The translations under genes and the position numbers were made by a program. The notes beneath the pieces are model-generated. The model ran no database searches, was not told the DNA's origin, and was given only the letters and a program-made list of their open reading frames with translations. Shown one piece after another: positions 1 through 8,221 of a stretch of 64,000 nucleotides of DNA (positions are counted from its first letter, which is position 1; each line of letters begins with the position of its first letter). Source of the DNA: Bacillota bacterium (GTDB taxonomy: Bacteria; Bacillota; Dethiobacteria; DTU022); assembly GCA_040751775.1 (NCBI GenBank), contig JBFMGD010000005.1, positions 23,175 through 87,174 of the forward strand, given 5' to 3'.

Positions 1-1
1 C

Positions 2-1024
2 TACGGAGCCGTAGTTGTTCAGGCCAACGTGGAAGATACCCGGCTGGAGGTGCAAGAGTACGCCATCAGCGAGCTGGGTGTGGAAGCCGTCGAACTGAAA
101 TGGGGCCAGGGAGCCAAGGATATTGGCGGCGAGGTGAAGATTAACAGCCTGGAGAAAGCTTTAATGCTGAAACAAAGGGGTTATATTGTGCTGCCCGATC
201 CGTCGGATCCGGTGGTGTCAGCCGCTTTTCAACGGGGCGCCTTTAAAGAATTTGAACGGCATTCCCGCATCGGAATGGTCGAATTGGAGTCTTTCCTGGA
301 AAGAGTGGAACAGCTGCGCCGCGCCGGGGCCAGGTATGTATTTTTAAAAACCGGAGCTTATCGTCCGGCTGACCTTGCCCGCGCGGTAAAGTACGCTTCC
401 CTGGCGAAAATTGATCTGCTGACCGTCGACGGCGCCGGGGGTGGCACCGGCATGAGCCCCTGGCGGATGATGAACGAGTGGGGTATTCCTTCAGTGGAAC
501 TGCATTCACTTCTCTACCGGTATTGTGAACAATTGGCGCAAAAGGGCCACTTTATTCCCGATATTGCCCTGGCCGGCGGATTCACTCTGGAGGATCAGAT
601 CTTTAAGGGTCTGGCTCTGGGAGCTCCTTTTGTCAAGCTGATCGGAATGGCCCGGGCGCCCATTGCCGCGGCCATGGTAGGAAAAACCATCGGCAGCCGT
701 ATAGAGAACCAGCAGCTGCCGGTATACGTGGAGCGGTTTGGCAACAGCCTGGAAGAGATCTTTGTCACTGCCGCTCACCTGAAAGAAGAACTGGGCGAAT
801 CAGATTTTAAACTGGTGCCGCCCGGCGCTTTGGGCCTTTACACCTATTACGAACGCCTCTCCCAGGGCTTAAAGCAACTGATGTGCGGCAGCCGCAAGTT
901 TGCCCTGCAATATATTGCCCGTGACGACATCGCCGCCTTGACCAGGGATGCCGCGGCCATTAGCGGGATTAACTACGTAATGGATGCTGACCGGGAAGAA
1001 GTGGAACAAATCCTGAATATGTAA
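2..1024 (+). CDS. Glutamate-synthase-family FMN-binding domain protein (GltB central-domain-like), 5' partial
   Basis: The reading frame is open to the window edge with no stop before the listed start at 29, so the true start lies upstream. The Gly-rich motif DGAGGGTGMSPW matches the phosphate-binding loop of the glutamate synthase FMN domain (Glu_synthase family). A basic/hydrophobic GLALGAPFVKLIG region follows. Confidence 0.55.
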   Translation, partial: YGAVVVQANVEDTRLEVQEYAISELGVEAVELKWGQGAKDIGGEVKINSLEKALMLKQRGYIVLPDPSDPVVSAAFQRGAFKEFERHSRIGMVELESFLERVEQLRRAGARYVFLKTGAYRPADLARAVKYASLAKIDLLTVDGAGGGTGMSPWRMMNEWGIPSVELHSLLYRYCEQLAQKGHFIPDIALAGGFTLEDQIFKGLALGAPFVKLIGMARAPIAAAMVGKTIGSRIENQQLPVYVERFGNSLEEIFVTAAHLKEELGESDFKLVPPGALGLYTYYERLSQGLKQLMCGSRKFALQYIARDDIAALTRDAAAISGINYVMDADREEVEQILNM

Positions 1025-1031
1025 GCATTAA

Positions 1032-1163
1032 TTGTCACTGGGACGGTTCTGCTGACAACTCCACATGCACTCCTAAAAGATGGGTGTTAGAAAAACTGTC
1101 CCAGTGACAAATCCCGATGATAAACATGAAAATTCGTTGTCAGAAGAATCGTCCCAGTGACAA
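1032..1163. repeat. MITE-like element copy A, about 132 bp, bounded by 27-bp terminal inverted repeats TTGTCACTGGGACGGTTCTGCTGACAA
   Basis: 1032-1058 reads ttgtcactgggacggttctgctgacaa. 1137-1163 is its near-perfect reverse complement (ttgtcagaagaatcgtcccagtgacaa). A half-copy (ctgtcccagtgacaa) sits at 1096-1110 and a T-run follows at 1164-1173. The element lies 8 nt after the stop of the upstream gene. A second copy is at 32704-32822. Confidence 0.55.
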
Positions 1164-1224
1164 CGTTTTTTTTTGCCCTTATGGAGAAAACTAAAGCAAT
1201 ACAGTCCATACCGGCAAAAGGAGA

Positions 1225-3219
1225 TTGAATATGAAAGATATCTATGTAATTATGGCCTTTCACGCGCACGAACTGCTCTGGGATCTGCCCGAAAAGCTGC
1301 TCTCGTACCTGGATGACGGCAACCCAATGAAGGAGACGATCCTGGATCAAAACTATATCAAGAAAAGAAAAGAAGAGGACCGCGATGTCTATACCCTCGG
1401 TATCCAGTTGGGGGAAAAGCTGCATGCGCCCATCTGTGTCGAATACACCAATGAGCTGCTTCAGCAGATCAACGAGGTTATCCCGGAGATTTTTCACAAG
1501 ATTAAGGGTCATTTTCATTCCGGGCGGCTTTACCCGATCTACGGCCATGCCCATCATACCCATGTTTCGCTGCTCTCAAACGAAGAGATTACCCAGGAGA
1601 TAACCTGGAACATGCAGCTCCTGCATAATTTTATGGATGTGCCTTACCCCAAGTACAAGGGCTTCTTCTCTCCGGAAGCTTCCTACAGCTTCGACAAGAT
1701 TGAAGGCGCCGCCGCAGCCAACATCGACTACCTGATTTTTCCCCACCTGTCGGAGGATAAAGCGCCCTTTGAAATCGTGGGGAAAGGAGATTACATTTAC
1801 AAGCCCTTTCTGATTAAGGCCGGCCGGCGCAACATTTTGGCTCTGCCGCGCAATTTCCCGATTTCCCAGGAGATCTGGCGCCCGATTACCCGCATGAAGC
1901 GGGATGCGGTAAAAGATCAGGGTTACCGGCTCGGTGATTACGCCGTCTTTTTCAACGAGTATTTAAGCGGTCAGACCGAGTCGTATCCGATTGAAATGAG
2001 TGAGGGGGTGGAACTGTATAAAGCGGTATTGCGTCAGGAGCTGACCCAGGCGCCTCCGGACGCGCTGCTGGTCTATATCCAGGATCTGGAGCTGATGGAC
2101 TTCGGCGATATCGCCATCGAGATTTTAGGGCAAGCCTGGCAGGAAGTTTTGCAGGAAGATCGCGAGAAATACCGGGTTCATTTTGTTACCCCCGATCAGT
2201 ACATCGACCAGGTATTAATCGCGGAGGGAGTGGAAAAACTGCCGGTGCTCCGGTTTGAAAATATCAGTTGGGCGCCGGAGATCCGTTTGGTGTTAAGGGC
2301 CGACGGCCATTATCCTCCCCTCGGGGTGACCGGGGTGGGCCGCTATAGCACCGCTAAAAGCGGCATGTATGAGCACCCGCATATCTTCTGGGAAAATGGC
2401 AAGTATTTCTGCGGCCTCTTCGATACCCTGGTCGAAAACTTCGATATTAAGGTCAATATCGCCGCGCACGGCGAGCGTTTCAATGAGACGGCCTATGAAC
2501 TGGCCGGGGAAGACTTGGACACCCGGGTGATTATGTACCGGCGCCTGATGAAGCGGGCCTGCAACTGGGGTTGGCGCCCGACCGAGGGGCGCCAGAAGCG
2601 CCCCTGCCTCGACGGCTACCTGCTCTGCGATACCCTGTTAAAGAAGATCGAGCAGTTCCCCGGCGCCCTTATTTTCAGTCGTGAACCGGTCAACCTGGAG
2701 CCGCGCCAGATCGTCGGATTGGTGGAAACGCTGCAGGTGTTCATTGACCGGCGCCTGGAATACCTGCGCTACGGCATGGAAAAATACATGGCGGAGCATG
2801 GCGGCGATCTCTCCGAGGCCTACCGGGAGATTGAAACGGTCAACCGCTGGAAAGAGGTGGCGGTGCAGAAAGCGAAGGATCTTTTCACGGTAAACAAAAA
2901 TGAAAATATGACCTGGATCTCTAAGATAAAGCAGATCATCTCCCTGGTGCAGGATTATTGCCAGGCGGTGTTTATGGCCACGGAACATATTCAGAAGGTG
3001 TGGGGCGTGGTTCCCGACGTCGAGCACATGGTGGACCGGATGTATGAATACCTTTATGAAATTTACCCGCCGCTCTTTCCGGCGATGCTCAACCGTATAG
3101 ACGGCATGGCCGCTGCGGAGATAGAAGCTTACTTTGCGCGTCTCGAGGCGGATCAGGGCACCGGCGAACAGCAACTCGCCAAAGTCGGCGGCACGGGAGG
3201 AGCAGCAGGGCGTCAGTAG
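1225..3219 (+). CDS. Glycoside hydrolase family 57-like protein (putative alpha-glucan-active enzyme)
   Basis: 664 aa. The N-terminal IMAFHAHELLWDLP resembles the GH57 H-x-H-Q-P start motif. It sits next to TreZ-like and TreT genes. Family assignment is weak. Confidence 0.35.
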   Translation: MNMKDIYVIMAFHAHELLWDLPEKLLSYLDDGNPMKETILDQNYIKKRKEEDRDVYTLGIQLGEKLHAPICVEYTNELLQQINEVIPEIFHKIKGHFHSGRLYPIYGHAHHTHVSLLSNEEITQEITWNMQLLHNFMDVPYPKYKGFFSPEASYSFDKIEGAAAANIDYLIFPHLSEDKAPFEIVGKGDYIYKPFLIKAGRRNILALPRNFPISQEIWRPITRMKRDAVKDQGYRLGDYAVFFNEYLSGQTESYPIEMSEGVELYKAVLRQELTQAPPDALLVYIQDLELMDFGDIAIEILGQAWQEVLQEDREKYRVHFVTPDQYIDQVLIAEGVEKLPVLRFENISWAPEIRLVLRADGHYPPLGVTGVGRYSTAKSGMYEHPHIFWENGKYFCGLFDTLVENFDIKVNIAAHGERFNETAYELAGEDLDTRVIMYRRLMKRACNWGWRPTEGRQKRPCLDGYLLCDTLLKKIEQFPGALIFSREPVNLEPRQIVGLVETLQVFIDRRLEYLRYGMEKYMAEHGGDLSEAYREIETVNRWKEVAVQKAKDLFTVNKNENMTWISKIKQIISLVQDYCQAVFMATEHIQKVWGVVPDVEHMVDRMYEYLYEIYPPLFPAMLNRIDGMAAAEIEAYFARLEADQGTGEQQLAKVGGTGGAAGRQ

Positions 3220-3241
3220 GCGCTGATGCCACGGCATGCCT

Positions 3242-5044
3242 CTACAGCTCCAGCAGGATCAGTTGGCCCGGCAAGAGCCGTTTAAGCCCCTGCGTGCCCT
3301 CCTGCTCCCGGCCGCCGTAGCGGGGCGCTTCCGAATTGAAGATGACCCTACCCGGGGCGAAATCCGGTCTAATTTCCGACCCATTTAAGTTGACATAACA
3401 TCGGAGAGCCTGCTCTCCGTTCCGGCGTGTAATTCGCACTAGCCTGCTGGAAGGGTCTGCTTGGATCTCCAGGGAATTTTTATCCGGCGCTTTCAGTGCC
3501 GGGTGAGTGCGGCGCAGTTGGATCAAGTCACGGTAGTAAGAAAAAATTTGTCGCTGCCGCCGCTGCCATTGCTCACGCGGAGTTAACTTCGATGCATAAA
3601 AGGAATTGTCGTCTTCCGGGTCGGGGATCTCCTCCCACCCGAAGTCGGCGAATTCTTTTTTCCGCCCTTCCGAGACCGCTTGTTTTAACTGCGGGTCAAT
3701 GTAATCGGTAAAAAATATGAAAGGGTTCTCTTCGGCGTACTCTTCGCCCATAAAAAGCATCGGGATATAGGGCGAGACAAAAAGCAACCCCGCCGCCGCC
3801 TTCAGGAAAGGGAACTCCACCAGCCGCGACAGCCTTTCACCGGCGGCGCGGTTGCCGACCTGGTCGTGGGTTTGCACCGCCACGACGAACTGCCGGCCGG
3901 GATTGGCCGAGCCGTCGGTCCCCCGTTTTTTTTTCCAAAACCGGGAGTATTCCCCCGTGTAAAGGTAGTTGCGGAAGACCTTCTCCAGGCCCTTGAAATC
4001 GCCGTAGTCGCCGTAGTAACCGCTGTTTTCCCCCGTCAGTAGCGTGTGGACGGTGTGGTGAAAATCATCCATCCATTGGGCGTCGGCGCCATAACCTCCC
4101 TGTTCAAGCGGGTTGATTATTTGAACATCGTTTGCGTCAGTTTCAGCGATGATTACAACCTTTCGTCCCAGCCGCTCCGAGAGACCGCGAGAAGTTTCGG
4201 CTATCTCCTGCAGGATGTGCCGGGGCCCCCGGTCATTAATAGCGTGGACCGCGTCGAGCCTGAGGCCGTCCACGTGGTAATGTTCAACCCAGTGGCAGAC
4301 ATTGTCCAGTACCATCCGGCGTACGATCTCGCACCCCGCGTCGTCATAGTTAACCGCCTTCCCCCAGGGGGTCTCGTACTTGTCGGTAAAATACGGGCCA
4401 TAAAGCGATAGGTAGTTCCCCTCGGGCCCGAAATGGTTGTAAACCACATCCAGAATTACCGCCAATCCCTTGCGGTGGCAGCTGTCCACGAAAAACTTGA
4501 AGTCGTCAGGGGTGCCGTAGTTATGATTTACACTGAAAAAATTTGCCCCGTCGTAGCCCCAGTTCCAACGGCCCGGGGTCTGCGCAACCGGCATTACTTC
4601 CACTGTATTAATGCCCAGTTCGACCAGGTAATCCAGTTTTTCTACAGCGCTACGAAGCGTTCCCGCCATTGTGAAGGTGCCCACGTGCATTTCATAAATG
4701 ATCGCTTCCGGCCAGTTAATCCCTTTCCATTCCCTGTCGCCCCATTGGTAAGCGGCGTGGTCGACCACGCGGGAAAAACCGAGCACTCCGTCAGGCTGGT
4801 AGTGAGAGTAGGGATCGGGAAAGGCATCTGTTTCCCCCTCCAGTTTGTATTTATAGAGTAGTTCCAGGTCATGTTCTTCCACGACGGTAGAGTAGATGTG
4901 GGGTGTTTCCCGCTTGAGCGGTACATCCTTTAACCCATCTTTGAGCTTCAATTGAAGCGCAACTCCGGCATGATTGAATACGGCGATTTTGAATAGAATC
5001 TTGCCGGTCTCCCGGTCTAGAATAGAAGGTCCGAACTGTTCCAT
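3242..5044 (-). CDS. treZ: Malto-oligosyltrehalose trehalohydrolase-like GH13 enzyme
   Basis: 600 aa. It has an N-terminal E-set region, and the stretch IYEMHVGTFT...LDYLVELGINTVEVMPVAQTPGRWNWGYDG...GLAVILDVVYNHFGPEGNYL matches GH13 conserved regions I/II, with a TreZ-type GPYFTDKYETPWGKAVNYD segment. Confidence 0.7.
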   Translation of the reverse strand: MEQFGPSILDRETGKILFKIAVFNHAGVALQLKLKDGLKDVPLKRETPHIYSTVVEEHDLELLYKYKLEGETDAFPDPYSHYQPDGVLGFSRVVDHAAYQWGDREWKGINWPEAIIYEMHVGTFTMAGTLRSAVEKLDYLVELGINTVEVMPVAQTPGRWNWGYDGANFFSVNHNYGTPDDFKFFVDSCHRKGLAVILDVVYNHFGPEGNYLSLYGPYFTDKYETPWGKAVNYDDAGCEIVRRMVLDNVCHWVEHYHVDGLRLDAVHAINDRGPRHILQEIAETSRGLSERLGRKVVIIAETDANDVQIINPLEQGGYGADAQWMDDFHHTVHTLLTGENSGYYGDYGDFKGLEKVFRNYLYTGEYSRFWKKKRGTDGSANPGRQFVVAVQTHDQVGNRAAGERLSRLVEFPFLKAAAGLLFVSPYIPMLFMGEEYAEENPFIFFTDYIDPQLKQAVSEGRKKEFADFGWEEIPDPEDDNSFYASKLTPREQWQRRQRQIFSYYRDLIQLRRTHPALKAPDKNSLEIQADPSSRLVRITRRNGEQALRCYVNLNGSEIRPDFAPGRVIFNSEAPRYGGREQEGTQGLKRLLPGQLILLEL

Positions 5045-5133
5045 ACTAACTAATATAACCAGTTGGCAGTACGGTTAAACAAAGTGTGAGCGCCTAAGAG
5101 GAAACACTAAATAGATAAAGGAGTATTTAACCT

Positions 5134-6405
5134 ATGGAACTGGTTCACGTGACCCCGAAAAGCTTTCATGATTATCTTCCCTTTGTCGATGAGGATGTGG
5201 CTGAAGAGATCAAAACTCTGGCCGGCGGTTTGCAAGGCCAAAAAATCGCCATGATCAATGCCACCGCCTTCGGCGGCGGGGTGGCCGAAAAACTGCATTC
5301 CCTGGTCCCCCTGATGAAAGACCTGGGCCTGGAATTGGATTGGTGGGTGATCAGGGGCGGTGCCGATTTTTATCAAATTACCAAGCTGTTTCATAACCGC
5401 CTCCAGGGACAGGAAGGAGAGCTCAGCCGGGCGGAGGCGCAGGTATACCTGGACTATAACCGCTCCAACGCCGAACAGATGGAAGGTTGGGATTACGACA
5501 TTATTGTGGTGCACGATCCGCAGCCCGCGGCCTTAATCAATTATCGCCGTAACGGTAATCGGGCCCGCTGGATCTGGCGCTGTCACATCGACACCTCCAC
5601 CCCCAACCCGGACTACTGGAATTTTATTTATGACTATATCCGGCAGTATGATGCCGTAATCTTTACGATGTGTGATTTTGTGAAGGAAGATACCCGCCTG
5701 AACAATCTCACCCTGATCACCCCGTCGATCGATCCCTTGAGCACGAAGAACATCCCTCTTGAACCGGACCAGGCCAGGGCGATCGCCTGCCGTTTTGGAA
5801 TCGACGGCAGCCGGCCCTTAATCAGCCAGGTTTCCCGCTTCGATCCCTGGAAGGATCCGCTCGGTGTAATCGAGGTTTACAAAATTGTAAAGAAAGAACT
5901 GCCCAGTGTACAGCTGGCGCTGGTCGGCTCCATGGCTTCCGATGATCCGGAGGGGTGGGATTACCTTTACCACACCCTGCGGCGGGCCGGGGAAGATTAC
6001 GATATCAAGGTAGTGACCAATTTCAACGGCATAACGAATATCGAGGTAAATGCCTTTCAGACCGCTTCGGATGTTATCTTACAGAAATCGCTCCGGGAGG
6101 GTTTTGGCCTGACCGTGGCCGAGGCTCTGTGGAAAGGCACTCCTGTAATCGGAGGCAACGTCGGTGGAATTAAGCTGCAAATCGAAGACGGGGTAACCGG
6201 TTTCCTGGTGGAGACGGTGGAGGAATGCGCCGAAAAAGTGCTCACCTTGCTGCGCAATCCCACCGTAGCCTCGGATTTAGCCGTAACCGGTAAGGAAAAA
6301 GTGCGCCGTGAATTCTTGACTACTACCAATGTACTGAAATACTTGCGCCTCTTCCACAAGGTTGCCGAAGGAACGCCGATAGAACCGTCCTGTACCGTAA
6401 AATAA
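5134..6405 (+). CDS. treT: Trehalose glycosyltransferring synthase (GT4, NDP-glucose + glucose -> trehalose)
   Basis: 423 aa. The N-terminal block INATAFGGGVAEKLHSLVPLMKDLGLELDWWVI...FYQITKLFHNRLQG is characteristic of TreT. The C-terminal half carries GT4 motifs (REGFGLTVAEALWKGTPVIGGNVGGI). Confidence 0.7.
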   Translation: MELVHVTPKSFHDYLPFVDEDVAEEIKTLAGGLQGQKIAMINATAFGGGVAEKLHSLVPLMKDLGLELDWWVIRGGADFYQITKLFHNRLQGQEGELSRAEAQVYLDYNRSNAEQMEGWDYDIIVVHDPQPAALINYRRNGNRARWIWRCHIDTSTPNPDYWNFIYDYIRQYDAVIFTMCDFVKEDTRLNNLTLITPSIDPLSTKNIPLEPDQARAIACRFGIDGSRPLISQVSRFDPWKDPLGVIEVYKIVKKELPSVQLALVGSMASDDPEGWDYLYHTLRRAGEDYDIKVVTNFNGITNIEVNAFQTASDVILQKSLREGFGLTVAEALWKGTPVIGGNVGGIKLQIEDGVTGFLVETVEECAEKVLTLLRNPTVASDLAVTGKEKVRREFLTTTNVLKYLRLFHKVAEGTPIEPSCTVK

Positions 6406-6802
6406 CCGGCAGCGAAGCGAGCGCTTCAGTTGAGAACCGCTTACTTAATACTTTGTGCGCGCTTTTGCAGCTCCGGGCCCGGCTCCAGGCCGAACTGCCG
6501 CTCCATGCTGGAGCGGCAGCGGTTTTAAACCCGCAGCGGCTCGGCCTTGGCTTTCCAGGAAGTGGGCCAGGAAAACGGCCGGCACGCTGTCATCGCTCTC
6601 CAGAGTATACCAGGCCACCCGGCAGCGCGGCAGAAAAATTTCATGATAAAATGATTATAGCATACAACATTGCCGGCAGGAAATATACACGTATACCTCC
6701 ATTAATCGTTTAATGCAGGGATATGTTTCCTGAATGAGGAATTGGTAGATTACTGATTGCATGAATATGGAAAAGTAAAAAATTTAGAGCGGAGGTGCTG
6801 GA

Positions 6803-8221
6803 ATGCCATTTGTGACCGATATCTATCCACCGGCCCGGCAAACCGAGGCTGTCGCCGGCCTGGGCTTGGCCGTGGCCGCGCGGAAGGGGAAGGGTTTTCC
6901 CGGGAAGCGGCAGTATGAAACAATTGAGGTGTTGAGTCGTTTTAGCTTGCCGTTGCTTACTGTGGCCTGGGAGAAGGGTGCAGAAAGCTGCACGGGTCTG
7001 GTGATCGATCCCCAGGGGTTGCTGACTGGTGCGGTGCGCTTTGATCTGGCTCCCGGCGAACCCCAGGCTGATTTAAGCGACGAGATGGCTGAAGAGGATT
7101 TTGCGGCACTGTGTCAGCAGATGACCAAGGCAGCCACTGATTTTATCGCTGAAACAGTAGAAATTCCCGGTTTGATTACTGCAGCGGAACAGGTCCGCTC
7201 CCTCCTGGTGAGCGACAATCAGGATATTTTAGCGGCTGCCCTCGAACAAACTGTTGATGCTGTCGCGTTAGTGGAAGGCCTGCGGAAAAGGTTGGCCGGC
7301 TACGACTCCGGAGCAGCCGCCTGGATTGAGTTAAAGCAGAGACTTTTTGCGCATCGGGATCAACAGACCGTTAAAATTAATGAAGCGGCCGATGAAACAC
7401 GAGCGGCCGGTATTAAAGCTTTGGCAGAGCTGGAACAACAGGTAAAGGCAGCCCTGGCCGGCAAACACCAGGAACTTGAAGAAGCCAGGTCAGAGGCACG
7501 GCAGGAGCACTACAAACAAAAAGAGCTGTTGCAATCTGAACTGGAGCGGTTTCAACTGCAGTTTAAGGAAAACGGTGAAGATTACTGGCGGGAAAAAATT
7601 AAGGCTGAAGAGCAACGTCTTGCCGAGAACGACAGGAAACTGGCGGGAACCCTTGACCAGTATGACGCCGCTGAAAAGAAATACGCCGAGAGTCAGCAAG
7701 AGCGGCTTAAACTGTTCAAGGCTGAAAGTGAAAAGCGTCTTGCTGTTTTCGAACAGCGCCTGAAACGGTTGGACAGTGCCCTGAAAGGTTTTGAAAAAGG
7801 GGTCGATTTACGCCTGGAACGCAGCCGGACGCAGCGTAACAAGGTGGACGCGCTGGCTGTGAGCCTTACTGCGGAGCAGTGTGAGAAAGAATTTCCAGTT
7901 GTGTTTTATGCCGCCCGTTATCCCGGCGGCCGCTGGCAGGTGTTCCCGCCCCAGGCTTTTGGCGGCCGGGGGATCAAGGGTAAGTTCGCCGGCCTGTTCG
8001 GCGGCCTCAATCTTCCGTTCCGGCCGGCCGGCAAAGTGGGGGAAGCCCTGGCCGCTAAAGTTGAGGCAATGCTGCCGGGCCATGCCCTGGAATCCAGACT
8101 GGTGGAACAAAACCTTCTCCCTGCTGCCGGGTTCCTGAACGAGGCGAGAGCCGGCCTGGCCGAACTGATCAACCAGGGAGAAGTGGAGAAAAAATACGCG
8201 AAACTATTTGAAGGCTTTTAA
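6803..8221 (+). CDS. Hypothetical protein with long central coiled coil and Gly-rich C-terminal segment
   Basis: 472 aa. It has a strong codon-period ORF, GGAGG RBS at 6789-6793 and a heptad-like charged repeat region (about residues 200-340). I recognise no family. Confidence 0.4.
   Translation: MPFVTDIYPPARQTEAVAGLGLAVAARKGKGFPGKRQYETIEVLSRFSLPLLTVAWEKGAESCTGLVIDPQGLLTGAVRFDLAPGEPQADLSDEMAEEDFAALCQQMTKAATDFIAETVEIPGLITAAEQVRSLLVSDNQDILAAALEQTVDAVALVEGLRKRLAGYDSGAAAWIELKQRLFAHRDQQTVKINEAADETRAAGIKALAELEQQVKAALAGKHQELEEARSEARQEHYKQKELLQSELERFQLQFKENGEDYWREKIKAEEQRLAENDRKLAGTLDQYDAAEKKYAESQQERLKLFKAESEKRLAVFEQRLKRLDSALKGFEKGVDLRLERSRTQRNKVDALAVSLTAEQCEKEFPVVFYAARYPGGRWQVFPPQAFGGRGIKGKFAGLFGGLNLPFRPAGKVGEALAAKVEAMLPGHALESRLVEQNLLPAAGFLNEARAGLAELINQGEVEKKYAKLFEGF

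Noticed and set aside
243-778. Minus-strand 88-aa and 90-aa ORFs within the first gene
   Set aside because: They are antisense to the glutamate-synthase-family CDS and therefore spurious.
1087-1563. 158-aa minus-strand ORF spanning the MITE-like element and the start of the GH57-like gene
   Set aside because: It overlaps the repeat element and the 5' end of a longer, better-supported plus-strand CDS, and has no RBS.
6453-6713. Small overlapping ORFs and a possible 57-codon minus-strand frame in the treT downstream intergenic region
   Set aside because: There is no RBS, the frames mutually overlap, and no homology is recognised. This is more likely intergenic DNA or a decayed fragment.
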